64,000 bases of DNA from Hemiscyllium ocellatum (lineage: Eukaryota). The notes beneath the pieces are model-generated. The model did not search any database. It was given only the letters and a program-made list of their open reading frames with translations, and was not told the origin of the DNA. A program made the translations under genes and the position numbers. Of this stretch, positions 12,798 through 24,438 are shown in pieces (the first letter of the stretch is position 1; each line of letters starts with the position of its first letter). The DNA lies in assembly GCF_020745735.1 (NCBI RefSeq), contig NC_083413.1, positions 32,674,001 through 32,738,000 on the forward strand, read 5' to 3'.

Positions 12798-13624
12798 CTA
12801 TTATAAGAATATAAGTATTAATAATGCAGAAAATAGACATGTAGTGTATACTATTAGTATTAATACTCCTAATGATGTATTGAGAGTATAGTATGTATCA
12901 TATACTATGGTGTACTTACTTTGAAGTAAAGCTCCATAGGTGTGTACTAGGGTTCAGTTGCTGCTTAAAGGGATTTGGATGCCTCCTTTTTTTTCAAACC
13001 CTGATGTTGACATTCCAATTTTTCTGCTAACATCTAACAGGACTTGGGAATGCAAGAATGATATTCGCTTGCTAGTACTCTTTATGCACTTTTATGAAAA
13101 AAATAGAGCACATGGTCTTGTAACCCACATCAAAGAATCTTATTAGCTTGGAACGGATAAGCCTTCTCTGTGTTATACCTCTTAACAATCAGAGATTGCT
13201 GCTTCCCCTCATTTACATCGTCTGATCTCTGATGCTTGTGTTGACTTTTAAAAGCTTCTCTTCAAATGCTAGCATATGAAAACAAAATTGTCAACTTCAA
13301 AGTTCAATATGTCTCCTGAATAATCAATGTTAAGAGATGTACTCTTTAAGAAAAGAGAATCAATTTAAACAGAAATGTTATTGGATTTACGAAGCAAATT
13401 TCTGCAGTAGCTAGCCACTTAAGGAATGTTTCTGCTCAGAAAGCATTTGACATCAGCTCAAGTGAGAGATAAATGGACACTGGGAGATCAAAGGTAGACT
13501 TGTATAATGAGATAATTAATAACTGCAAAGGTTTTAGGGAAATTGATGGAAGAGGTACAGTTATATGGTGTATTGTATTTAATAATATGTTAAAACCAAT
13601 TTGAAGTGAAAGTAATGGGATTAC

Positions 13625-14897
13625 AGTCATATACAGTATGGAAACAGACCCTTTGGTTCAACCCATCCATGCCGACCAGATATCCCAACCCAATCTAGTT
13701 CCACCTGCCAGCACCCAGCCCATATACCTCCAAACCCTTCCTATTCATATACCCATCCAAATGCCTCTTAAAAGTTGCAATTGTACCAGCCTCATCACTT
13801 CCTCCAGCAGCTCATTCCATACACGTACCACTCTCTGTGTGAAAAAGTTGCCCCGTAGGTCTCTTTTATATCTTTCCACTCTCACCCTAAACCTATGCCC
13901 TCTAGTGCTGGACTCCCCAATCCCACGGAAAAGACTTTGCCTATTTACCCTATCCATGCCCCTCATAATTTTGCAAATTTCTATAAGGTCACCCCTCAGC
14001 CTCCAACACTCCAGGGAAAACAGCCCCAGCCTGTTCAGCCTCTCCCTATATCTCAAATTCTCCAACCCTGGCAACATCCTTGTAAATCTTTTCTGAACCC
14101 TTTCAAGTTTCACAACATCTTTCCATTAGGAAGGAGACCAGAATTGCACGCAATATTCCAACAGTGGCCTAATCAATGTTCTGTACAGCTGCAACAAGAC
14201 CTCCCAACTCCTGTACTCAGTACTCTGACCAATAAAATGCATACCAAACGCATTCTTCACTATCCTATCTATCTGCGACTCCACTTTCAAGGAGCTATGA
14301 ACCTGCACTCCAAGGTCTCTTTGTTCAGTAACACTCCCTCGGAACTTACCATTAAGTGTGTACATCCTGCAAAGATTTGCTTTCCCAAAATGCAGCACCT
14401 CTCATTTATCTGAATTAAATTCCATCTTCCACTTCTCAGCCCATTGGCCCATCTGGTCAAGATCCTGTTGTAATCTGAGGTAACCCTCTTCGCTGTCCAC
14501 TGCATCTCCAATTTTGGTGTCATCTGCAAATTTACTAACTGTACCTCTGATGCTCACATCCAAATCATTTATGTAAATGACAAAAAGTAGAGGACCCAGC
14601 ACCGATCCTTGTGGCACTCCACTGGTCACAGGCCTCCAGTCTGAAAAACAACCCTCCACCACTACCTTTGAGCTGGTTCTGTATCCAAATGGCGAGTTCT
14701 CCCTGTATTCCATGAGATCTAACCTTGCTAATCAGTCTCCTATGGGGAACCTTGTCAATTGCCTTACTGAAGTCCATATAGATCACACCTACTGCTATGC
14801 CCTCATCAATCCTCTTTCTTACTTCCTCAAAAAACTCAATCAAGTTTGTGAGACATGATTTCCCATGCACAAAGTCATGTTGACTATCCCTCATCAG
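13625..14897 (-). mobile_element. CR1 LINE 3' portion (RT), relatively well preserved
   Basis: SQHDFVHGKSCLTNL, YMDFSKA, GVPQGSVLGPLLF and KFADDTK motifs with frameshifts. Confidence 0.92.
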
Positions 14898-15157
14898 AAA
14901 GTCAAAGGGATTAGGTGGTAAAGGATTAAGTCAGTGGTTGGTGTTGAACATATGCATGTTCGATAAGACTATAGGTAGAAAAATACATCTATTTCATGTG
15001 TAAGCACAAAACACTTGACAGAAATTCTAAAAATATGAATCCTTATGTTTTGACCTAATCCATTAGAATTTGTCATGAAGGACTTGAAAATCTACTGAGA
15101 CGAAAATGTTGATGCTTAAGTACATTGAGATGTAAACTTTGGACCTTGGGATCTCAC

Positions 15158-15405
15158 CTGTCAGCTTGTATTTTTGTCAGGTTATCAGGACTAAGTGGAC
15201 TCTGTTTCAGTGAAGTATTCAGGAGCTGAGTGCTTCTCTTCAGATCACCTGCAGCCTTCTGGATTTGCTGTCCTATATCAGCTTGTCGTTCTCTGGAGAC
15301 TCTTCCAGACTCCTCTTCATCTGATCTGGAAGATATCAACTCCTGAAGCTTTGATTCTGCTCGCTTCTGACCTTTCAGTATCATGTCAATTTCATTTCCT
15401 ACAAT
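15158..15405 (-). CDS. IQCG: IQCG coding exon, IVGNEIDMILKGQKR...PLSPDNLTKIQAD(R)
   Basis: TTCAG acceptor, AG|GTGAGA donor, 248 nt (phase 0 to 2). Ends in KIQADR, leading into the conserved DRQF segment. Confidence 0.9.
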
Positions 15406-15671
15406 CTGAACTCAAACATGAAATAAATTAGATTTTCCTTTGGAAATATAAAATGTAGTTTTGCTCAGGTTTGCTCAAAATTTCAGAGTTTTCAAAATCA
15501 TTATTTATGTGGAAAAATTTTCACTTATTTTTAATTCTGTGGTTAAACAAACTGTCCTTGCTAATCAGATTTATGTAGACAATTCAGATTTACTGGCTGA
15601 CTTAAAACACAAAATCCCTATATTCATGAGAAGGGAAATATGAAGGGTTTTCCCTCTTGGGAAACATGGTG

Positions 15672-15890
15672 CAGTCAGTTCTGAAATAGTGCAATAGTTC
15701 TGTTCCAGTGCAACCCTGCATTTTCAGAAAATCGTATAATAGCAGCACCATTTCAACTAATGGGAATGGAATTGTGTTATAACCAAAACAGGTAAGGAAA
15801 GCTCACGTTCTACAAACAATGGTCTAAATTCTTCAATAGTGTTGTAGCCAAATCACGGTGAAGAAACTCATGTTACAGCAGAACCAACTG
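15672..15890. mobile_element. MITE, same family as 10042-10272
   Basis: CAGTCAGTTCTG ... CAGAACCAACTG|TA TIRs. Internal similarity to the 10042 copy (AGAAAATCGTA; GTTRYAGCSAAT). Confidence 0.7.
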
Positions 15891-16265
15891 TATGCTGGAA
15901 CATACACATTGGACACCAAACAGAAATATCTGTAATGTTCAGATGTTTGGATCATTTGACGTATAAAGAACTGCCATTTTGAGAAGGTTTCTAATTATCA
16001 ATGGTTGCTGGATCAGAGAAACCTTGAAAAACACCATAAAATAGTTTGGAATATGCATGTATCCACCTCATATATTAGTCTTATATCTGAAAACATTTTC
16101 TTCTCTTGATGTTTTAAATTTTATTCTGAATACTCATGGCCACAAGCAATATATCAGGCAAAGATAGATAACATAGCTGGTTAATAGGGATTTGGTCATA
16201 CATCAACAGTTTGTTAATTCTGGTGGCTGTTCATGTTAAAACTGTAACAAAAGAGATTCCAGGGT

Positions 16266-16578
16266 GGGTGGCATGGTGGCACAGTGGTTAGCACTGCTGC
16301 CTCACAGCGATAGAGTCCTGGGTTCAATTCCCAGCTCAGGTGACGCTCAGGTGTGGATTTTGCACATTCTCCCTGTGTTTGCATGGGTTTCCTCTGTATG
16401 CTCCTGTTTCCTCCCACAATCCAAAAATGTGCAGGTTAGGTGAATTGGCCATGCTAAATCACCCGTAGTGTTAGATAAAGGGGTAAATGTAGGGGAATGG
16501 GTCTGGGTGGGTTGCGCTTCGGCGGGTTGGTGTGGACTTGTTGGCCCGAAGGGCCTGTTTCCACACTGTAAGTAATCT
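16266..16578 (+). mobile_element. HE1-type SINE
   Basis: A box TGGCACAGTGG at 16277-16287, B box GGTTCAATTCC at 16321-16331, tail GTAATCT. Confidence 0.9.
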
Positions 16579-17063
16579 TCAGACAATTTTTGATAATCCC
16601 ATTTCTAAACTCAGTTGGACAAATCTTGGGAAGGGTCTAATCTCCTTTGTCACAGGTGACAAACCATTGTTTGTGTCCAGTTTAAATAAATTGAGAGGAT
16701 TTGTATTCATCAAAGTGAAGGATATGGCTGGGAGTAGATTTTGGACATTCAGTGTCATAACCAAGTAATTTCACATCTAAATCCCATCATTAGGAGACAT
16801 ATCTGCGTGAAATAGTATATTTTATTCTAAATCACATTGTTTACATATAAACAAAAGGTGATGTGTGTGTGTATGTAATGGGAAGTGGAAACAGTCCGGC
16901 TTATTAAGAATTCTGTTCCAGAATATTTACAAGCCCTTTCGAATTTGATATCATGGGTGACAAAATGTTTGCAGTGATAAGTCAAACATATTTACACTTC
17001 ACATTCTGAGGTGATCCAACTTGTGAAATATACATGTCATTCTAATTGTCTATTGCTGTATTA

Positions 17064-17400
17064 GGGCAATGTGGCCAATGCAGATACTGTTGATAGTGCT
17101 GCTGCCTCATAGTGCCAGGGACCCAGATGTGATTCCAGCCTTAAGCCACTGTCCATGCAGAGTTTACATGGGTAAACTGCCAGACTTACTGCAGGGTGCT
17201 CCAGTTTCTCTCATGGGACAAAGATAAGAAGGTTAGGTGGTTTGGCCTGGTAAATTGCCCTGGAATGTCCAGAGATGTGAAGACGAAATGGATAGCCATG
17301 GTAATGCAGGGTCATGAGGTTAAGGTGGGATGCTCCTAGGTGGCTTGGTGTGGACTCGTTGGGCCAAATGGCCTCCTTCTGCACTGCAGGGATTCTATCT
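17064..17400 (+). mobile_element. Diverged HE1-type SINE
   Basis: Colinear similarity to the 16266 copy. Confidence 0.7.
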
Positions 17401-17756
17401 CTCTTTAAAATACTCGAGAAAATACCAATGGTTAGTTCGGGTCTGTGCTCCTATTTCACGCTAAATTTGGTGGAATACTGTTGATTTCATTAACACCATT
17501 AAAATAGTAAAATAAACACAGATACAAGATTATGTTTTTGGAATTTTAGAATTGCTCCAATTTTTACATTTATTTTACTTTCTCCCTGCTGTTACAGGTT
17601 TCCTTGGGATGCATGCATTACTCTAAGTAACGAAATGTTCTATGCCTTTGATGAAACGAGTCTTGATCTGGCACATAAGTGACTAATTTACTACCTCTGA
17701 GGAAGCAGTCTACGTGATACATGGACAGGTGATCAAATATTTATGAAATCACTTAC

Positions 17757-17895
17757 ACTGGTTACATCTGTCCTTTCCTCATAGGAGACTGGCATGATGA
17801 GGCCAAGAATAGTTAATTGATCTACACAATCCCCTAGCACGGTGCCAATGCGAAGAATATCCCCCTGCGTCAGTGGCTGTATTTCTTCAGCATCT
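17757..17895 (-). CDS. IQCG: IQCG coding exon, DAEEIQPLTQGDILRIGTVLGDCVDQLTILGLIMPVSYEERTDVTS
   Basis: Resembles the vertebrate IQCG segment [23 protein letters not shown]. AG acceptor after a T-tract, GTAAGT donor, 139 nt (phase 2 to 0). Not in the supplied ORF track in this frame. Confidence 0.9.
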
Positions 17896-18254
17896 CTTTT
17901 TTAAAAAAAAGAAATAAAAGGAAAAACAGGCTAAACTGTATATAAGCTAGCATTTGATTGTCATCAGTATTCTGCCTTGTGACCCTGCAGCCTTCAGAAC
18001 TCAACATTGAGTCCTTTGACAACATGACAGCAATCAGTAAATGACTCAATAATTTTAGACCCAGCATATCTTATTCCATGTCCTTCCACCACCCCCATAC
18101 ACCAGGCCTCGTCATCACATGGACTGCAGTCACTACAATCAACCCATTTTCACTCACTAGTGGCCCCCCTTTCACAGCTTTCTTTCTCCCTGGCTGACCA
18201 TTCCTTTGTCTGTCCCTCTCTCTGGGCTCCATTTACATTTATCATTTACTCCTG

Positions 18255-19540
18255 GTAAGCAAGGTAAGATCACATGGAATTCAAGAAAAACTAGCCATTT
18301 GGATGCAAAATTGGCTTGAAGGTTAGAGACAGTGTGGTAGTGGAAGGTTTTTTTGTCATATATATGTGTGTGTATATGTATATATATAAGATTTGGATGT
18401 GAATATAAGAGGAATGGTTAGTAAATTTGCAGACAGTATCAAAATTGGTGGTGTAGTGGACAATGAAGAATGTTATCTCAGAGTACAACAGGACCTTGAT
18501 CAGATGGGTCAATGGGCCAAGGAGTGGCAAGTGGAATTTAATTTAGATAAATGTGAGGTGTTGCATTTTGGTAAGGCAAATTAGTACAGGATTTATATAC
18601 TTAATGGTAAGGTCCTGGGGAGTGTTACCAAACAAAGAGACCTTGGTGTGTACATTCATAGTTCCTTGAAGGTAGAATCACAGGTGGACAGGAATTGAAG
18701 AAGGCGATTGCCTTTATTGGTCAGTGCATTAAGTATAAGAGTTGGGAGATTGTGTTGCAGCTGTACAAGTCATTGGTTAGGCCATTTTTGGAATACTGCA
18801 TTCAATTCTGGCCTCACTTTTATTAGAAATATGTTGTGAATCTTGAAAGGAAGAAGAAAAGATTTACAAGGATGTTGCCAGGGTTGGAAGGTTTAAGACC
18901 ATAGGAGCAGAAATTAAACCATTCAGTTCATCAAGTCTGCTCCATCATTCGATCATGGCTGATAGGTTTTTCAAGCCCATTTTCCCGCTTTCTCCCTGAA
19001 ACCTTTGATACCCTTGGCAATCAAGAACTTGCATATCTCTGTCTTACATATACTTGAGCTATAGGGAGAGACTGAATAGGCTGGAGCTATTTTCCCTGGA
19101 GCATCGGAGGCTGAGAGGTGTCCTTAAAAAGACTTATAAAATCATGATGGGCGTGTGTAGGTTGAATAGCCAATATCTTTTTCCTAGGGTAAGCGAGTGC
19201 AAAACTACAGGTCATAAGTTTGAAGTGAGAGGGGAAAGATTTAAAAGGGACTGAAGTGGCACCTTTTTCATGCACAGAGTGGTACATGTATGGAATGCGC
19301 TGCCAAAGGAAGTAGTGGAGAGTGTGGTGCTGGAAAAGCATCTGCAGTCCTCACTTTCTTCTGGTGGATGTGGTGGAAGCTAGTACAATTACACCACTGA
19401 AAAGGTACATAGATAGGTACATGAATAGAAAGGGTTGAGGGATATGGGCCAAATGCTGGAAAATGGGACTAAATTAGTTTAGGATACCTGGTTGGCATGA
19501 GTTGGACCGAAGGGTCTGTTTCATGCTGTACAACTCTATT
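18255..19540 (+). mobile_element. CR1 LINE 3' portion with nested short insertions
   Basis: SKFADSIKIGG and WQVEFNLDKCEVLHFG motifs, 3' tail. Confidence 0.85.
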
Positions 19541-21858
19541 AAAGATAACTTGATGACTTTCATTGGCTCCTTTAATTCATGGTGAAGAAAAATATGGTTT
19601 CTGATGTGTAAGTATGATCAGACTGACTCTCGACCTATTTAGCTACTGGACTACCTATTAGGTGAGTCTATGCCTAAAAATGTTGACCAATAGATAAGTA
19701 GAAAGATCACTGCCATGTTAAGTGGCACTTAAGCATAATCGGTAAGTAAACAGTGCTTTCAAAATTGTAATTATCAATCTTGCGAATTTCACATTTTTGG
19801 AGGATAAATCGTACAAGATGATATATTTTTTGTGTTTGTGTTTTTAATATTGTGAAGAATGAACAGTACACTTCTGATCCTTTTTAATATTATTTTCCTT
19901 GCATGTTTCGACTCAATGGCAGTTATTCAACCTGTTTACAGTTTCGTAAGATTCTTTCAAAGTGTTTGAGTATTGTAATCCTGGGCAAATCTTTTGTGAA
20001 TAGGTTGAAAAAGCTGTAATCTAAGAAATCAAAAATAAATTCCTTTGACAATGCAGTGGTAACAGTAACTAATATTTAATCAAAAGTCAACATTCAGAAT
20101 TCTAACTTAGAATTCTCATAAAATTTGCTTTTATTTCTTATTATAGTTTAAGTTTGCAAATGACACCAAAATTGGTGGTGCAGTGAAGAAGGTTACCTCA
20201 GAGTACAACAGAACTCGACCAAATGGGTCGATGGGCAAGGGAGTGACAGATCAAGTTTAACTTCAATAAATGTGAGGTGTTCCATTTTGGAAAGGCAGAT
20301 CAGGACAGGACTTAAACAGTTCATGATAGGGTCCTGGGGAGTGTTGCCATTCAAGTCCTTGGGGAGCATGTTCATAGTTCGTTGAAAGTGGAGTTGGTAG
20401 AAAGGGTAATGAAGAATGCATTTGTTATGCTCGCTTTTATTGGTCTGTGCACTGAGTTGGGATATCATGTTGCAGCTGTACAGGATATTGTTTAGGCTAC
20501 TTTTGGAATCCTGAGTTCAATTTTGGTCTCCCTGCTATAGGAAAGATGTTGTGAAAGTTGAAAGGGGTCAGAAAAGATTTCCAAGGAAGTTGACAGCTAT
20601 GAGCTACAGGGAGAAGCTGAACAGGTTAGAGCTATTTTCCCTGGAGCATCAGAAGCTGAGCTGATATCTTAGAGATTTATAAAATCATGAGGGGCATGAA
20701 TAGGGTGAATAGCTAAGGTTTTATCTTCCAGGGTGGGCATAAGTTTTTTTTAGATTAGATTCTCTCCGGTTTAAAAGGACCTAAGAGGCAACTTTTTCAT
20801 GCAAAGGGTGGTGCATGTATGGAATGAGCTGCAAGAGGAGGTGGTGGAGGTTGTACAATTACAACATTTGAAAATGTGGAGGAGCTGGTGTTGGACTGGG
20901 GTGGACAAAGTTAAAAACCATACAATGCCACATATAGTCCATCAAGTTTATTTTGGAGTGCTGCTCCTTTGTCAGGTAGCTAGTGGGGCAGGATCATAGG
21001 ACATAGAATTTATAGCAAAAGATCACAGTGTCATACACGGATGCGATATATTGCACAAACCTAGATTGCTGTTAGGTCTTTCATCTTTTAGAACGGGTTG
21101 CAGATTACAATTCATTGTAATCCTGAGACTACTTTCAAGTCACATTTCCAAGATAACTTCAGGTTTTCTAAAAAAAGGTGACATCTTAGCTCAGACAATG
21201 CAAAAAAGGTGTGAGGTTAGAATCTGTATGTATTCCAATCTTGAGTCAGACTGGTTCTATTTACAAAGTAGAAATTTATAAAATGTCACATGGATTATAA
21301 AAAAAATTGACTGGCTACAGATTGTGTGCTGCCAGGAGCAAAATACAATGTATCTGCAAATGCAGTTTCACCCCATCAACTTGTGTGTGTGCTGGCACAT
21401 GAGTGAGAGTGAGAGTGAGATTGTATGTGTGTGTGTGTGCATGTATATATACGTGCGCTTGTCTGTGTGTGTGTGTAGTGTAGCATAGCTGGGCCAAATT
21501 CAGTTCCCATGGGGATGGCCTCAACTGGGACCTTGGGTTCATGTCACACATCAGGTTACCCCACTGCACCTCTCACACACACTTACATACTCACACAGAT
21601 CCTCTCTCAGGTACACACACACCACCCCACACTCTCACCCGTGCGCACATCCTCTCACAGGCATATACTTCACCACACTCGCACATGCACACATTCTCTT
21701 CCCCCCCCACCCCCAACACTGTCTGTCCCTCGCACAGGCGCGCGCACACACACACACATAAGTCTATGGGGTGAATTTGCATTTGCAGAAACATTCTATT
21801 CAAAAAGCATAGAATCTGCAGGTAGTCAATACTTTTATAATTCATGTGACATTTTATG

Positions 21859-21894
21859 ATTCCTGATGAAGGGCTTATGCCCGAAACGTCGAAT
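21859..21894 (+). ncRNA. Minimal type I hammerhead ribozyme, intact core (PLE family A)
   Basis: AUUC-CUGAUGA-A-GGGC(UUAU)GCCC-GAAA-C-GUC^GAAU. Stem I AUUC/GAAU, perfect stem II, palindromic ACGU stem III, GUC triplet. Confidence 0.85.
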
Positions 21895-21989
21895 TTCCTG
21901 TTCCTTGGATGCTGTCTGACCTGCTGCGCTTTTCCAGCAACACATTTTAAGCTCTGATCTCCAGCATCAGCAGACCTCACTTTCTCCTC
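21860..21989 (+). mobile_element. Solo family A terminal-repeat fragment nested in the family B element
   Basis: Flanked by the 12-bp direct repeat GACATTTTATGA (21848-21859, 21990-22001). Begins at the hammerhead. Confidence 0.85.
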
Positions 21990-22539
21990 GACATTTTATG
22001 AATGCCTACTTTGGAAAGAAAACCAGTCTGACTCAAGATTGGAATACATACAGACTCCAACCTCACACCTTTAATGCATTGTCTGAGCTGAGATCTCACC
22101 TTTTTACTTATAAAACTTTAATTTATCTCTGGAATGTGTTTTGAAAGAAGTCCTAGGATTTACATCTCAACCTGCACCTGCAACCCATTCCAAAAGATTA
22201 AAAACTTTACAGCAATCCAGGTTTGTTCAGTATATCGCATCAGTGTATGACACCATGATCGTTTGCTATGAATTCTGTGTCCTATGATCCCACTCCGCTA
22301 GCTACCTAATGAAGAATCAGCACTCCCAAAGCTTGTAATTCCAAATAAACTTGTTGGATTATAGCCTGATGTTGTGTGATTTTTAACATTTAAAAGGATG
22401 GGAAAATGGATAGAAAGGGTTTGGAAGGATTTCGGCCAAATGCTGGTAAACAGAACTAGATTAATTTAGGGATCTGGTTGGCATGGATGAGTTAGACTGA
22501 ACAATCTGCTGCCGTGCTGTACAATTTTCTCTCTGACTC

Positions 22540-22688
22540 CTCCCCCAGCCCCTATTTCTGATTCCCCCTCCCTCCTCTGCCCCGTCCCCAGATACCCCGT
22601 CTCCCCTCACCCATTTCCTTCTCCCCCTCCACCCCACCCCACCCCCCCCCATTTCCCCTCCCCCTTCATTACCCCCCCCCCCCCCCCG
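22540..22688. repeat. C-rich low-complexity tract
   Basis: Many C4-C17 runs on the plus strand. Confidence 0.85.
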
Positions 22689-22801
22689 GTGCTGCCAGAC
22701 CTGATGAGTTTTTCCAGCAATGTCTGTTCGGCTTTGATTGTTTGGTTTCGCTATTGAGATCACGGAAAACTGCGCAGAAAATGTCTCCCAGACGAACTCA
22801 C

Positions 22802-22887
22802 CCTTTCTTGCCATTATTTACGGTTGATGTAGTATCAGTATTGGGAGAATTACAAAGATCCTCTCCCTTCATTCTGGTCGTATACAT
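22802..22887 (-). CDS. IQCG: IQCG (DRC9) putative first coding exon, MYTTRMKGEDLCNSPNTDTTSTVNNGKK(G)
   Basis: ATG at 22887 with a second in-frame ATG at 22872. Open frame to a strong GG|GTGAGT donor (phase 2) that joins in frame to the next exon. X-box immediately upstream. The N-terminus is not conserved, so the call rests on splice phase. Confidence 0.65.
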
Positions 22888-22896
22888 GATTGACCT

Positions 22897-22910
22897 GTTA
22901 CCGTGGAAAC
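22897..22910. promoter_or_regulatory. RFX X-box (GTTACCGTGGAAAC) at the IQCG 5' end
   Basis: Close match to the palindromic RFX consensus GTTGCCATGGCAAC, 10 bp upstream of the ATG of a motile-cilia gene. Confidence 0.75.
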
Positions 22911-23257
22911 CGTTCGGGCTTACACTCACTGAGCTGTCCACGGCCTTGCCTTACAGACGAGTTCGTCATTCATGAAGCAAAACGTCGATGGGACGGAGGA
23001 TGTAAATATATGTAAAATAAATGTGCATTTAAAATAAATTTCTACCTCTCCTTTTTTTCTTTGAAGGAATTAATTCTCGCATTGAATATTTTTGTCAGTG
23101 AAATTGCCCTTTTTTTTCAACTGCAACTTTTTGAAAAAAAATTCTTTCCGTTTATAATTTGGTTCAGTTTATTGTCTGTTTGAGTTGATGATTTGGTTCA
23201 GTTTTGGGTGAATTGGCCGCTTCCGCCGGTTAATTTCCCGGCCTGCCTTGCAGCAGC

Positions 23258-23288
23258 CTCTTCCTCCATCTTGGTATCAGGGCCGGCG
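23258..23288 (+). other. RPL35A: RPL35A non-coding exon 1 with 5'TOP tract
   Basis: CTCTTCCTCCATCTTGG oligopyrimidine start typical of ribosomal protein genes, followed by a CG|GTGAGT donor. Exact TSS inferred. Confidence 0.8.
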
Positions 23289-23514
23289 GTGAGTTCGAGA
23301 TGTGCTAATTTCTAACAGCGATTTAAGCGTCGTTGATTATATGATGGCAACTCATATTAGGTTCGCTTGTTGTATGATGTCGTGAGCTTTGGATATTTGT
23401 TATCGGAGAGAGTTTGTGGCAGTGGATGTTTGCGATAGCGAACGGATTGCACTTGGTGTTGACTGTCGACCTCTTTTTCTTTCCTCAGATCCAGCTGCCC
23501 CGAGCGCGCTCGCG

Positions 23515-23525
23515 ATGCCCGGAAG
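23515..23525 (+). CDS. RPL35A: RPL35A coding exon 1, MPG(R); exon begins 23489
   Basis: Polypyrimidine-CAG acceptor at 23488, then ATG CCC GGA AG|GTAAG. Confidence 0.92.
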
Positions 23526-24135
23526 GTAAGAGGCTGATGCTGCTGGTGATCACACACTCACTGAGATTGGGGCTGCTTCTTAAAAGCCCCTTTTTATAAA
23601 GGAGTTATAAAGTGTATTATAAAGGCGTTGAGGGCAGAATACCGGGGCCCTTCTGCAAACGTGTTCGTTTTTCCTCTGATGCCCGTTAACATGGATTATC
23701 GATTCGGCTAGTGATGAAGGCCTATCCAGTTTTCGTATATCTACTCAGCCTTGCACTGCAGTCCTCTTTCTCCTGTCCAGAAACATCCTGATGGGTTGAA
23801 TTTAATGGCATCGTTGGCACACTGCAAAATTAATGAGATTTTTTCAACTAAGTGACCAGTAACCTCTGGGAGATTGTGAACAAATTTCAGATCTGGCCTG
23901 TTTTTCACAAAAAGAAAATCATCTCTACTAGAAATAAACAAAATTCTGGAAGTGCATCCAGCTGACAATGGAAATAATAGATAAATGTTTTGGCTAAGAT
24001 TGTTCAATGGAACCTTCAAAATATTGGATATTAGAAATCCAAAATTAAAACAAAATGTTGTAAAAACGATCAGGAAGCATCCTGAAAGAAGCAGTACATT
24101 CTGACCAAGTGACCTTTCATCTGAAGTCTTTCTGA

Positions 24136-24438
<303 letters not shown>

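Larger units (their letters stand above)
20875..22388. mobile_element. Penelope-like family B relic with ~500-bp inverted arms, in a CR1 3' end
   Basis: 20910-21390 is the reverse complement of 21760-22388. The centre holds the ORF C-terminus AKFSSHGDGLNWDLGFMSH. Hammerhead remnants in both arms. Confidence 0.8.
20148..22520 (+). mobile_element. CR1 LINE 3' portion split by the family B PLE
   Basis: KFANDTKIGG at the start; the CR1 3' UTR resumes at 22386. Confidence 0.8.
22888..23290. promoter_or_regulatory. Bidirectional IQCG/RPL35A promoter
   Basis: Divergent gene starts ~370 bp apart. CpG-enriched at both ends. ETS/GABP-like CTTCCG at ~23220, TCT/TOP initiator at 23258, YY1-like CCATCTTGG at 23266-23274. 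Confidence 0.75.

Noticed and set aside
16266-16340. tRNA-like A and B boxes
   Set aside because: They are heads of multi-copy SINEs continuing into a CR1-like tail, not stand-alone tRNA genes.
19932-20020. Exon-like segment on the minus strand in IQCG intron 1 (TTTCTTAG acceptor, open frame ITAFSTYSQKICPG...)
   Set aside because: It is 89 nt long and hits a stop in the phase required by the 22802 donor. The flanking exons already join in frame, and the donor GTTGAA is weak. It cannot be excluded if the true first exon differs.
22700-22720. CTGATGAG resembling a hammerhead or C-box core
   Set aside because: It is a point variant of the repeat motif CTGCTGAGTTTTTCCAGC, with no stem II or GAAA following.
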